DNA of 62,063 nucleotides, filler included, from 6 parts of 6 records of this genome joined end to end with filler, not necessarily neighbours in it; one strand, 5' to 3'; shown: positions 9,636 to 22,211, counted from the first letter of the whole stretch. Notes: generated by a model from the sequence alone, not told the origin. A program made the numbers and translations.

Positions 9636-12600
9636 TTAAGAAAAGAAAGGATAGTTTTGGTACTTATCTGCAAACCGTGTCGCACATTTACCCATCGTTA
9701 TAGAAGATTGCGTGATGACATCTGTAAGGTAATAATTGTCAAACGCTGGAGTAAACGGAGATCCAACAATAAAATGAAAATTCCGTGTGCGAACTGAGGC
9801 TTGATCATGGCGGGGTCGAAGAACAAGACTTGAATTTTGTGAAAATACGGGTGCGGAAGTTCCGTGCGCACTAAACCCAAGAAGGTGCGGTGCGATGTTA
9901 GCAAAAAAGTTTTTTGGGTTTGACGCCGCCGAGGTGTTTTTTTCCTCCACCTGTTCGTCCAGTGTGTCAGGTTCGTTTCTTCTGCGACCGAAAATAGTCG
10001 CATAAGTTCCTCCTCCTTGAACTTCAGGAGCAACCGCGGCGAAAAGCGAGGCAGAAGCACAAAGAGACACAAAAGATTGAAGCGGCACACAGGTTAAGGC
10101 TCGCAGGAAAGAAGCGAAAAGCTCGCGCTTTGGCGCACAAGAAACTGTTGGTGCGAAAGTTCGAAAGCCAAAATCTCTTTCCCGTGCTCCTAACGCAGCG
10201 CGTGTGTTTCCGACAGCAAAAAAACGAGTCGGTGACGCATTATCCGCCGAACATGACGACGGTCTTGGCACCTTCGCAGAGACCGGCTGCCAGGCAGTAA
10301 GCTTGGCAAACGCGTCTTGTTCTTTTCCAGGAGGATTCACGGTATCCGTCAACGCTTTAAGAATTCTCCAATCCTCTCTTATTTCGGATTCCAATTGAAT
10401 TGCAAGTTGAGTTTGTTGTACGCGCCCTTCAGTATTTACAAAGGTTCCATTTTTTTCAACAAAAGAGGCCGACGGTAAAATAATATCGGCAAGACGTGCA
10501 CCGTTAGAACCGTGATGCCCCTGATAAATAGTGAATGTCGCGGGCGTGTTTTCTGTGGAATGGGCCAAAGCGTGCTCTGAGCAAGGGTCGGCGCCTAACA
10601 AAAAAAAGCATTGCATCTGACTATCTTTTGAATTTTGTCGATTCGTGGGGTTAGTATGCTTGCGAAAAAAAATGTTTCTTCCTGCACTATACCCTAAATC
10701 AAGCACTCCAGGCGTGCTTGCTGTGGTGTGTAAAACGTTGATTTTTTTGTTCTTGGTCTTGAACCTTGGTTCAGTAGATGCGTGGTGTGTTGAAGGACAC
10801 TCTTTCGTTGCGGTCGCAGAGTTGGGCGGCAAAATCGCAGATGCTCAAGTAAAGGATTTTCTTTCCAAATTTCGTTCAGATTTTTGCGGAGCCTCAAAGC
10901 GCAATGCCGCATAAACTCTGGTGCTAAGGTCCAGAACGTATTGAATTAAAGGCTTAAGAGAATTGGCATCTGTTCGTTCTAATGTGGTCGCACCCAGAAC
11001 AACGACAGGATTTTTTGCTCGTGAAAGAAGAAATCCGCTGTTGTCGTTGAAAAAGTTGGAGATACCATCACTTTTACCACATGCGATTTCAAATAGACTT
11101 TTTGTACCATTTCCAAGTTGAGTGGTTTTATAAGTCATGTTCAGTGAACCGTTACTTCCAATTGTGGCAATGGCGCCGACTTTGAAAGGCGTGCTGCCCT
11201 CGTAAGCCGCTGCAGATTTTTTCGAAACCAATCTGCGCAAGCGAACGTTAAAAGTGCTTGCTTCGAAGCGTGGGTTTGAACCTATTAACAAAATATGGTC
11301 TCCGGCAGCGCTGTCTTCAAACTCTTGGAATTTGAGATTCAACAAATAGTTTGAACGGAAATCAAAAGTTCCAAGAGAAGAAAAATAGTTTAACCCGTTG
11401 ACCGGAGACTCTGTATACAGGTCGGTGGCACCAATTTTGTTCAAGAACCGTTTGAACATTAAAACACTTTCTTGATCCACAAGAGGCCCAAGAACACCCT
11501 TGGTCGATACCACAATTTTTTTTTCGCATCGCGGGTTATTGGCCGGATTCTTAGACAGACCGGGTCTCAAGATATTCGCGACAGTATTTAAAGCCTGCTT
11601 TCAACTTACTGTTATAAATTGTGGGTGTTCCCCTTGGTTTTTTGTGGGTGTAGGGCGCTTCGAAGTTGAAAGGCTTGATTTTCAGTCGCCCGCATGGGCG
11701 TTCCAACCCTGAAGGAATTCAGTGGCTGCCTCGCAAGATAAAGATATCATAGGATAATACAAACGTTGATGTTTTAAACCGTCATACGAAAATCGTGCTT
11801 TGTCCGAGATTCACTGCTGATTAATTTCCTCTGTGGATCTTGGTAACACTCGTACCAACTCAGAACCACGAGTATCTAAGCGTATATTTGATCCTAAAGC
11901 ATCTGATATATCAATAGACTCGATACTTTTTAATTCTCATGGGCGCACTGCGAAAGCATACGGTTTTGACGTTAATGCACCCACAGGACATAAATCTATA
12001 ACATTTCCCGAAAGTTCCGAGTCGAATAATGTCGATATATACGTTCCAACTTCCATATTTCGACCACGACCTGATGTACCGTACACCTCGACACCCGCGA
12101 TTTCTGTAGCAAAGCGAATGCAACGTGTACAGTGTATACATCGAGTCATAATAGTTTTGATTAAAGGTCCTGCATTTTTGTCTTCCAGAGATCTTTTGTA
12201 TTCGTGGAACCTTCCTCTGTCACTACCATAAATCATGGCTTGGTCTTGTAAATCACACTCTCCGCCTTGGTCGCATATTGGACAATCTAAGGGATGATTT
12301 ATCAATAGAAATTCCAAAATACTTTCTCTTGTTTTTCTGACTAAATTTGTTTTTGTGTGTACTTGAATATTATTTGCCACTTTAATTGCACACGATGGCA
12401 TTAATTTTGGAGACTTTTCTATTTCTACTAAACACATTCTACAGTTTCCTGCTATGGATAAAGACTCATTGTAGCAAAATCGTGGTATTAACAACCCTAT
12501 TTTTTCACAAGATTGCAAAATAGTCCCTGTTCAATTTTGATCAAAGTATACAACTTTATTATTTATAGAGACAGCAATTGAAAGTCCCTGAGAGACTTTC

Positions 12601-12647
12601 GGAAAAGAGCTATTGTTCTTCGCGGCGGTGACGTTTTCCATTTCCAT
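9636..12647 (-). CDS. nad11: Mitochondrial NADH dehydrogenase subunit 11 (NuoG), 1003 aa with UGA=Trp, unsplit, with insertions
   Basis: Track ORFs 11937-12518, 10845-11570 and 9636-10832 share one frame, separated only by [72 protein letters not shown]. Confidence 0.93.
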
Positions 12648-13157
12648 GTCGCCCCCTTAAAAAAGGGGCGCTGTTTCTTTTTTTCGTTGTCCCCAAATCG
12701 GTTCCGAAAATCTCGAAAAAAAGACTGAAATAAAGCGTGTCTGCTTTCAGCTTGTGCATATATCCTTGAGCCTTTGTCTGTTAAAAAAAAAACACAAAGC
12801 GCGAAGCAAAACACAAAGCAAAACAAAACACAAAGCACCAGGTTGCGTGCAAAACAAAACGGAACAAAATCGAAGACCGGGTCGAAGAACCAACTGTCTG
12901 CCTGTCAATTCCGGAACCTTTTTGCTCGCTTGAAAAACAAAACGGGTGGGATGCGGAAAGCAAGTTGTATACACAACAACGCTGCGGCATCATTCGTGTA
13001 TGCCACTTAACGGGGTCGGGCTACGGCTTCGGGTTTTGCTTTGCCTTTTTTGGAAATGTTTTTTTTTTTTCAAAACGTTTGGCGAAAATGTTATCCTTCG
13101 GGCTGCTTCAACGGTTAGATGCTGGAGGGCCGTGGGGCCCCAACTCCAACTGTGGGT

Positions 13158-13538
13158 CTAACTTCGTATTAATTTCATAAAGTTTTGTGGACGTCTTTTT
13201 TGAGTTCGTGCGTTTGTGTGTGTTCTTTGCCCTCTAACTGGTAATCTATTTTTATGGCGAATACCTCTATAACTTCGAATCTTTAGATGTCTTTTTATGT
13301 TTTCACTTATATTTTTTCGCAAGGCACCGCTCACAAGTCAATTAGAAGAGATGCACTTGCATATTTCAGAAATTTGTGTGGGAGTTAATGCATCAAACCT
13401 AACGCGAGGGTTTATGCACAAAATATTGGTGGAGCCGGTAATTTTTGATGCTCGTTGGTTTCCAATTCCATATATTGATGTTAATGCATATCGGATTCTC
13501 TTTCTTACGGGAATGTATGTGTTAAATATATAAACCAT
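13158..13538 (-). CDS. rps13: Mitochondrial ribosomal protein S13 (one in-frame TGA)
   Basis: [33 protein letters not shown] after reading through TGA. Confidence 0.93.
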
Positions 13539-13743
13539 TTTTGTTACGAGGGCGCGAATTCCGCGTTGATAGGAACAGCCAAATCCGCTCCTTGTATGTC
13601 CGTCGAGAATTTTGTGCGGCATGCCAAAGCCGGTGTTGGTTCTGCGACTGTTACAACGGCGACACACTCATGAAGGGAAGGTTTGGTTGCTCGCGGTGGG
13701 GTAGGTGTTTGCCTCGGCATTCGCCTATGGCAAAAGGCCGTCG

Positions 13744-15333
13744 TTAGTTTTTTTTGGTGTTGGTGTTGCGCTTAGAAAAAAATTTTTCGCCGTCGTATCG
13801 AATTCCTTTTTCCTTGTAAGGTTCGGGTTCTTTGTAACGGTAGATGTCCGCAGCTACCCGATTAACCGTATACTTGGAAACACCAAAGATTAAGATAATG
13901 TTGCCCTGACTCGGCTCAGGGCAAAAGATATTTATACGAACATGATTTTTAGGGATCTTGTGGTAAAGACTATAACTAAAACCCAAATTTAAGATGAGAT
14001 AGTCTTTGCGAGATTTTGAAAACTCGCAAGTTGCCTTTTTGGGAGCAGCCGAAGGGGCAATTGCAGAAGATGCTTCTGCGGCTGCGCAGCTCAGACATAA
14101 ACCGGACAACGCGGAAGCTGCGATTGTGTCTCTGAACTCGGCACCTGGCTTTGACCGTTTGGGGACGATGTCTCGGTTGTCACTTTCCGGCTCGTCAGAC
14201 GTGCGGATTGTAGCGCCGAAACCTATACCCTTTAATTCGAGAGTTTGCATATAACCCTGAGTAACGCCTGTAATGTAAGTTTTTATGGCTTGCTTTCAGT
14301 ACGCAAACTGCGCTCCGTCGTCGTGTTTCTTTTGGTTGACGAGCTCTAAGACCTCGCGAAAATAACCGCCAAAAGTCTGCGATGAAACATCAACGGGAAT
14401 AAGCGTTTGTTTTGCACCGTTTTGTTTTTCTTGCAGCTCCGCCGCCTTTAAAGCTCGGGTAGGTGGTTTTGGGGCCCCGCATTCCGATGTATTCGCGGGA
14501 ACATGGGGCTTCACAGATGGCTGTTGGCGGTTAGGGAATAGAGACACACGGTAACCTAAGCACAGGGTTCGTTCTTGTGTGTCGGAAGCTGTTTCGGGAG
14601 GTGTTTTGTCTGAATTGGCAAAAAAGGGTCAATCGTGGATTCCTTCTGCGAAATCACCTTCACGTGGTGTCAACGGCGAGAACGATTTATCTTTTATGGG
14701 ACCGCTAGGCAGCTGCGCGGTTTCAACGCCGCGCTTGCGCGCGGCCTTGAAAACGGAAACCGGCACGGATTTCGCATCCGCAAATTCACAAACAAAATGT
14801 TTATTTCGCACTGGACGAGGCAGTTGTGTAGTGTCCTCAGAAAGAATCGAGTTGTTTTGAGTGTTCGGAGAAGGCTGTTGTTCTCGTGGCGGCAAAAAGT
14901 TGTTGGCTTCCTTTTGGGGCTTTTGATTCGGAGATGGTGGCAGGGAGAACAGGATTTGAGATTTGTATCGGCCGCCTGCACCAGCAGCAAAAAAAAAAAA
15001 AGACGAGGCAGAACCTCTGTTTCGAGAGCTTGTTATTCTCGTTGCGGCAGAAGGAATTGTTGATGGCGCGTTTGCGTTCGGCTGGTTCAAAGACTGTTTT
15101 GAGTGCTGCGCTGTGTCCAACCCTTCTTTGCGTGTGTTAACCCCAGATTCAAAAGGACTCGGTAAATCTAAATGGGTGGTCGGAGACGACCACAGTAACT
15201 TAAATTGGCCTAATCGACCTTTCATAATTATTATTTGTGATTCGTTTTTTTGCTTTGGTTCGGAAATTAATACTCTAACTGTATTTGGCACTTTAACTTC
15301 TAAGATAGGGAAAAAGACTGAGAAAGATGGCAT
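13744..15333 (-). CDS. rpl6: Mitochondrial ribosomal protein L6, 529 aa with two large in-frame insertions (UGA=Trp)
   Basis: Three collinear same-frame ORFs joined through two TGAs; KVPNTV, MKGRLG, ITGVTQGY..LELKGIGF, LNLGFS, PEPYKEKGIRY. Confidence 0.87.
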
Positions 15334-16276
15334 GTTTTGCGTGTGTTCCTTTTGGTATGTGAGGGTTGGTTCATTAGTCCCACACAGGACTGGCTCCGAG
15401 CGAAGGCATCATCGACGCTCACGAATTCAAAGATTTATTTTTTGTGACAAGGGCGAAGGGTTTAAACTTGGAATTTGCAAGCGTTGTGCAGCGTTACATT
15501 CTGCAAAGGGTCTCCAAGGCGGAAGCAAGTATTGTTGTCGCGTATCGACTTTGATTTTCAGCAAAAAGATTGAGAGAAGATACGATTGGCGAAGCCTAAA
15601 GCCCGAAGCTCGAATGTCGAAGGAAACTGGAGTTTCCGAGCACCGAATTCGTTGAGTCTCCGTAGGAGCATTTCAAAGGGCGGGAGGAGAATCGTTTTGT
15701 TGTTTGACAGAAAAGTGCGAACCTGGCAGTGGAACATTGCAGAAGAAGCTCGACCAATTGGCGCGGAGAGCTGGTTGTGTGTTTTTTGGACAGAATTAGA
15801 CATAAGTTCGAAGCACTCGCACATTAGACTGTCCTTGCCAAACAAACAAAATGAGACCAAGCATAACACCAAGGGCATAGATTGCCGCAAGGCACGATCG
15901 CGCAACAAAGATATCGAAGGTCGAAGAACCAATGGGCAAGAGCGCGGCATTCCCAAATTGCCAGCGGATACTGGTCGAACGGTGGAAACAAAGCTCGCGT
16001 TGCGCTCAGAACGCGCATAAGACGAATAAGTGGCAAATCAGATGGCGCGTAGTTCCCTGGAGTTATGGCGCCTCGTAGTCAACAATGACAAAGCAGAAGC
16101 TGCAAAGGCGGGTGTTTGAAGAACACAGATGGATGGTCCTCCTTAACAGCCGCAAGGGCATTCCCGAGCGATGTCTCGCTATAAGTAGCGTACCTCCGGC
16201 CCAGTGTTGAACCTCGCGGAATGTGTGCTAACGTGCGCGAGGAACACGGGCAACGCACGAGCACAAACAAAACTCT

Positions 16277-16360
16277 TGGATAAGGAAGGATTCGAACCTC
16301 CGAAACGTTAATCGTAGCGGATTTACAATCCGCCGCTGTTGACCACTTAGCAACTTATCC
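16277..16360 (-). tRNA. trnY: tRNA-Tyr (GUA) with long variable arm
   Basis: GGATAAG/CTTATCC acceptor, GCGGA-TTGTAAA-TCCGC anticodon arm, GGTTCGAATCC. Confidence 0.93.
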
Positions 16361-16731
16361 AAAAAGACGTAAGTGGCAGGCTGCCTCCTTACGACCGGCA
16401 CGAGACACCAAACTGTGGGGAAAATGGGGGCATGACTCACAAAAGAACACGATAGAGCTGTAAGACCGGAAACAAGACCGCGTTTCAATCAATTAACAAT
16501 TTTGCCCCCCCTTCGGCATAGTCGGAGAAGGCCATGGTTTGTTCTACGAACAAACAGGGTCTTCGTAGAACAATATGATTTGAAAAAAATAGGCTTACTC
16601 AAAAAACGCAGGAGGTCCGTTCATGTCGAAAGGTTGCAAAAAAGGGCAGGGCGGTAGCTAATGCCCAGCCAGGATGGCTCGGCCAAAGTCGGAAATCCTC
16701 CCGCCAAAACTGCAGCGCCGAAGACTCTTGT

Positions 16732-17946
16732 CTACGAGATTAGCTTAGTGACAACGCCAGCACCCACAGTTTTACCTCCTTCACGAATAGCAAAGTTTAA
16801 GCCCTCATTCAAAGCTATAGGGGCAATTAATTCAACAACAAGGGTTACGTTATCTCCGGGAAGAACCATTTCTATGTTCGCTGGTAGCTGAAGGCCGCCA
16901 GAAACATCTGCGGTGCGGCAGAAAAGTTGAGGTCGGTAGTTTGAAAAAAATGGAGTGTGTCTTCCGCCTTCGTCCTTGTTTAAAACATAAACCTGTGCTT
17001 CAAACTTATGGTATGCTTTAATCGTGCCGGGTTTACATAATACTTGTCCGCGTTTGACGTCAGTTCGTTTGATACCTCTCAACAGTAAACCAACATTTTC
17101 ACCCGCTTCAGCATAGTCTAAAATTTTATGAAACATCTCAATACCCGTGCACGTTGTGGTAAAAGGTTTTGTGCTTTTTGATGTCGAAGCAGAAGATCCC
17201 GTAAGTCCAACGATTTCAATTTCCTCCCCAATTTTGACTGTTCCCTTTTCAATTCGGCCTGTAACAACGGTCCCTCGACCTTCAATAGTGAAAACATCTT
17301 CAACAGGCATTAAAAAAGTTTTATCAATGGGTCTTTCTGGTTGTGGGATTGCTTCATCTATTGTGTCTAAAAGTTTTTGAATAGAGTTAACTCCGATATC
17401 TGGCGATTCACTTTTAAGTGCCATCAACGCCGATCCCAAGACAATTTTTGTATTTTCATATTTGTAGGATCCAAGTAACTCACGAACTTCTAATTCTACA
17501 ATTTCTAGGGTCATCTCATCCGGCACCATATCAACTTTATTTATATAAACTACAATAGCGGGAACTCCAATTTGTCTTGAAAGTAAAATGTGTTCTCTAG
17601 TTTGCGGCATTGGACCGTCTGTTGCGGACACAACTAAAATAGCACCGTCCATTTGTGTAGCTCCTGTAATCATATTTTTAACATAATCCGCGTGACCGGG
17701 ACAATCTATATGTGCATAATGACGTTTGTCTGTCTCATACTCTACGTGCGCTGTGGAAATAGTAATACCTCTTGTTTTTTCCTCCGGAGCACTGTCTATT
17801 TGATCGTACGCTTTAAATTGTGCTTGTGCTTTTTCCGCTAAAACTTTGGTTATCGCCGCCGTTAACGTGGTTTTACCGTGATCTACGTGGCCGATTGTAC
17901 CAATATTACAATGCGGTTTTTTCCGTGTAAACTTTTGTTTTGACAT
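16732..17946 (-). CDS. tufA: Mitochondrion-encoded elongation factor Tu
   Basis: [59 protein letters not shown]; start set at MSKQKF. Confidence 0.96.
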   Translation of the reverse strand: MSKQKFTRKKPHCNIGTIGHVDHGKTTLTAAITKVLAEKAQAQFKAYDQIDSAPEEKTRGITISTAHVEYETDKRHYAHIDCPGHADYVKNMITGATQMDGAILVVSATDGPMPQTREHILLSRQIGVPAIVVYINKVDMVPDEMTLEIVELEVRELLGSYKYENTKIVLGSALMALKSESPDIGVNSIQKLLDTIDEAIPQPERPIDKTFLMPVEDVFTIEGRGTVVTGRIEKGTVKIGEEIEIVGLTGSSASTSKSTKPFTTTCTGIEMFHKILDYAEAGENVGLLLRGIKRTDVKRGQVLCKPGTIKAYHKFEAQVYVLNKDEGGRHTPFFSNYRPQLFCRTADVSGGLQLPANIEMVLPGDNVTLVVELIAPIALNEGLNFAIREGGKTVGAGVVTKLIS

Positions 17947-18255
17947 GTTTCTTTGTGTTCCGCCCTTAGGCTTGTGCGGGGCAGGGTTTGTGTCTACAGA
18001 CATACCCGAGGAACGTGCCAAGGTCATTTTTGGTCGTTGGTCGGTTTGCTTGTCCAAATCGTCTCTAAAAGATGGGCGGAAGTTGAAGACGACGTTTTTG
18101 TCCGTTCAAAGCGCTACGGCGCTCGGTGGGAACAATCCGTGAGCGTGAAAGCTAGATGTGGTGAGCTCGTCTCCCGCGAGGCTATGCAGCGCCGAAGGGA
18201 TGCCCCTTTGTGTGTTGTTGTTGTTGTGATTGCTCGCCCTTCACACAAAGGTGGG

Positions 18256-18666
18256 TTAGAGAGCGACCACAAGCTTTAAATTCATAGATTTTGCAGAACC
18301 TATTAAGCTTCTACACACGGATTGAACATTTGCGTAACTCATAAACGAGTCACCCTTTTTGAAAATGCCTAAATGATATAATTGCTTTGTTGTGATTCCG
18401 ACACTGTTAACGGCGTCTGCGCTCTCTCTCAACAAGTATGTGCTGGTTGGAGTTTTAATAGCGATTTCGTAGGAATTTCGATTATATATTGTTATTTTTG
18501 TTGGAATGTACACGTGTTCCTTAATATTTTTTGTTCGAGCATTAAAATTCTTACAAAATTCCATAATATTTATTCGATATTGTCCCAAAGCTTGGCTTAG
18601 TGCTGGAGACGGTTTTGCGTTGTTTGCTAATAAAATAAATCTTATTGTTGCGAGTGGTTTTCGCAT
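18256..18666 (-). CDS. rpl11: Mitochondrial ribosomal protein L11
   Basis: AKPSPALSQALGQ..INIMEFCKNFNART, IKTPTSTYLL, GSAKSM. Confidence 0.92.
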   Translation of the reverse strand: MRKPLATIRFILLANNAKPSPALSQALGQYRINIMEFCKNFNARTKNIKEHVYIPTKITIYNRNSYEIAIKTPTSTYLLRESADAVNSVGITTKQLYHLGIFKKGDSFMSYANVQSVCRSLIGSAKSMNLKLVVAL

Positions 18667-18707
18667 GTTTGTTTTTGAGCTTCCGCTGGGGTCGAGCATA
18701 GCGGGAA

Positions 18708-18781
18708 TGTTCGAGATCGGAATTGAACCGATGACACAAGGATTTTCAATCCTTTGCTCTAACCAACTGAGCTACCCGAAC
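18708..18781 (-). tRNA. trnF: tRNA-Phe (GAA)
   Basis: GTTCGGG/CTCGAAC acceptor, AAGGA-TTGAAAA-TCCTT arm. Confidence 0.94.
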
Positions 18782-18942
18782 GGGCCGGGTTCTGACGTTT
18801 TGCTGTCTTTGCCGTCTTTGCCAGGTTCTGACATTGGCACAGATTCCGCGACCTTGTGTTTTGTTCGCTTTTTGTAAGGCAAAACAGGCTGGCCTTACAA
18901 TGTGCTATCTTGTTGTTCTGCGACCAAGTGAGGCGAGGCGTT

Positions 18943-19015
18943 TGGAGATGGCGGGATTTGAACCCGCGACTGCCCGTATGCAAAACGGTTACTCTACCAA
19001 CTGAGTTACACCCCC
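18943..19015 (-). tRNA. trnA: tRNA-Ala (UGC)
   Basis: GGGGGTG/CATCTCC acceptor with G3:U70, TGC anticodon. Confidence 0.93.
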
Positions 19016-19153
19016 CAAACCTCCAGATTTGCGGTTTGCGTCGAAGATGGAGAACAAAAGCGTGCGCTTTGACGAAACCGCAGAAACTCCGAAAGCAGCA
19101 TCTTCCCCAAAAGGCGGAAGGTGGGCAAATTTTCCACCTGTGGGCGAGCACGC

Positions 19154-19858
19154 TTAGTGTGATGGGGACACGATTTGCGTCTTCCTTGACACTGTATCAG
19201 CGCAATTTATGGCATTTTCAAAACTCTGAAAAACCTGCTTGAAAATCAACTGTTTTTTTGAAGCATTCTTTCTTTTATACATCGTAAGCACGATAGCACC
19301 GATCATAGCGATGAGCAGGATTAAACTCGCGACTACAAAGTGATAAAAATAGTACGTATAGATAAGATAACCCAAAGACTGTATGTTTGTGACAGGATCT
19401 ATGAGAGCAGACCAAGATTTTTGATCCGGAAAAAAGTTCCCAAGAGAGCCCACATCAGTTTCTGGAACAAAAAAAGCCGTGTTAGGTGCGAATTCAAACA
19501 AACCCGAAATTGGGGTGGACAAAAACCCCAAAACTAAAGCAAGCTCCGTGAGAAAAATGACACCAATTATCCCGCCTATAGGCAAATATCTTAATCAGTT
19601 TTCATTTATCTCATTTAGCTTAATATTCAACATCATAACAATGAAAAGAAAAAGCACTGCAATAGCTCCGACGTATATTATTAAAAACATCATACCTAAA
19701 AACTCGAGTTTCAATAATAGTAATAATCCGGTCGCATTACAAAAAACAAGAATCAAAAAAATTACAGAGTGTATCGGATTAGCGGAAATTATAACCATTG
19801 TCGCGGAAACTAGCGCAAGGCTTGCAAATATATTAAATAAGACCGACTGTGTATGCAT
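19154..19858 (-). CDS. nad6: Mitochondrial NADH dehydrogenase subunit 6 (one in-frame TGA at 19595-19597)
   Basis: NPIHSVIFLILVF, IYVGAIAVLFLFIVMML, RYLPIGGIIG, LLIAMIGAIVLT. Confidence 0.94.
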
Positions 19859-20137
19859 TCCGTCTGATTTGTTGGTCGAAATAACTCCGTCCTGTCCCTC
19901 TCGTGACGGGCTGTTCTTCAACGATGCCCTGAAAGAGCACGTGACCCATTCTGCTTACGTCTGCGAGGTCCAGGCTTTCGGAGGATTGTCTAGGATTGTG
20001 TTATGATATATTTGGTGACCTTGTCCGGACTCTTCTTCGAGGTCGAAGCACACGCCCAAAATGTGTGTGGGTGTGTCTGATCCGATGGGACAAAGAACGA
20101 TGGGAACTGCGCAGGACCAAGGCGGGACCTGCGAAGC

Positions 20138-20770
20138 TTAGGCCCGAACACCCTTTGGGCACGAACTAAGACAATTTCAACTCCATATTGGAATCCCAGC
20201 AAAAACACACTGCATAGACCATCGGGAGACGCTTAGGGTGGACTTGTGTGCCGGAGTCACCATGGTGCCTCCAGACCCGGCGTCTGCCGACACCTTCGAC
20301 GGCGGAGGGGAATCTTGCAGAAAAGCATATCCTTGCCTTTTTTGAATATCTTTTCGATAAACTTGAAATCGCTCGGGCGGGAGCGCATGGTTTGAACTTA
20401 CGGCACGGCCGCAAAGATTCTCATTCAAACCGAAACGGAGCTTGTTTTTGGGCTTTCGCCTCCATTGGTTTAATCGGGACGCAGAAGGGGAACAAGGCTC
20501 TTCTGCCGCGTATTGGGGGTCGGCAAGAATCAAACCGGCTGCTGACCCAGCGACAGGAACGTTGCGGTTCCAGCTCCAAAAGCGCAGAATGCGGGCCGAA
20601 GGGAGTCGTGTGTTTATGCGGCGCATTCCCTGCGGTCGTCGAAAACGAGGGAACACTTGAACACAAAGGTTTTGGAAGTTGCCTGCTGCAAATTTCAGAA
20701 ATTTACGCGGTATAAGAGATATGCCGAGAATAAATAAGAAAATTGTATAAAAAATAATTTTGCCCATCAT
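20138..20770 (-). CDS. Unidentified mitochondrial ORF (about 210 aa in code 4) with an N-terminal TM segment
   Basis: Open on the coding strand; AT-rich hydrophobic start MMGKIIFYTIFLFILGISLIP; no family recognised. Confidence 0.35.
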
Positions 20771-20987
20771 TAATACTCTCATCAACAAAAACGTGCTTTG
20801 TAATATCCCCTCAGGGCCTCCGCGCATCGGGTCAGGTGCGTTGAATCCCAGCGGAACAATTGCCCGCGTTCCTCATATATTCGGACGTTCGGGATCAACC
20901 GCCGCAACCAAAGGATATGGAGGCATTAGGCGCAACAGGCAGTCACGGAATCGCTGCCCGCTTTTCTGCTCCGCTTCTTCTGCCAGC

Positions 20988-21815
20988 TTATTGCAAGGAC
21001 GACGCCGGAGGCCAAAAATATGGGCACGCAAGGTCCCAAAACACCAACTCATCGAATTGACTTGATACCCAAGATATATAACTTTCTAAAGGTACAGCCT
21101 TCACACAAATCGGCATAAATCCATGATTTATCCCACAGATTTCACTACACTGCCCATAAAACGTTCCTTCGCGATTTAGGAAGATAGCAACTTGATTCAA
21201 CCGTCCAGGACAAGCGTCCATTTTAATACCCAAAGACGGAACTGCTCAAGCATGTAAAACATCTTCAGAAGTCACCAACAAGCGAACGTGGGTCTGAACC
21301 GGTAAATATAGTGGGTTGTCGACTTCTAATAAACGAAGTTGACCTTTTTCAAGATCCTCTTCAGGAAGCATATAACTATCAAAAGCAATAGAGTCACCGT
21401 TTGGGGACGACCAATCTGAAAATTCGTAAGATCAGTACCATTGGTGTCCGATAGCTTTTACAGTTATGGCAGGATCAATTACTTCGTCCATAGAATAAAG
21501 TAGCGCAAAAGACGGCACAGCAATCACAGCTAAAATTAGACTTGGAGTAATAGTTCAAACGATTTCAATAACTTTACCGTGTACTATTTTGACAAAGTTA
21601 TTCTTCGTCTCATGGAAAAGAACAACAACACGGGTCAATAGATATGATACAAAAATGCTGATAATTGTCAGAAAAAACATGATATCGTGGTGCAGATCAA
21701 CGACACCTTCTGCAATTGGAGATGCTGGGTCTTGAAAAAGAATTTGTCATGGTTGCGCAAAATCACAATGAGAATGCGCGGAGGTGTTTGCAAAAATATA
21801 ATTAAGAATTGACAT
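20988..21815 (-). CDS. cox2: Cytochrome c oxidase subunit 2 (UGA=Trp; alternative start 21833)
   Basis: [34 protein letters not shown], CuA motif [12 protein letters not shown]. Confidence 0.96.
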
Positions 21816-22211
21816 GCTTTCTATATTAAGCATTTGTCGCAGAATCTGGCAGAAGATCTGCGTGTTCCAAAAATTTGAGATGGCCGCAAAGATATCCCAA
21901 CGTTCAAGGTAACATATCTTGAAAACGCAGACGTAGCAAACATTCAATGCTGCCGTCTTTTGCCCACGCGCCAGACGCCAGGCACACCTAGCAACGACTC
22001 CGCCGCCGCTTTGTGTTATGATTGTGGCGTCGTCCGTGAAGGGATAGCGAGATCCATTGCTCCGCATATTGCCCGCCTTCCGATGTGGGTTGCGTCTTGG
22101 CAACGAATCCTGCTTCGACGACCCTTGCGGACACACAGGGGCCGATTGTATCAAGCCAGACAAACAAGCAAAAGACCCACAAGATTCAACTCTTCTCAGA
22201 GCGTGGGCTTG

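Noticed and set aside
13744-15333. Inserts as translational-bypass elements, inteins or group I/II introns
   Set aside because: They are in frame and stop-free, and I found no intein termini or intron core motifs. Not excluded without RNA data, but unsupported.
15558-15956. 132-aa spacer ORF, and plus-strand ORFs across the mitochondrial contig
   Set aside because: No recognisable motifs, spacer-like composition, or antisense to real genes.
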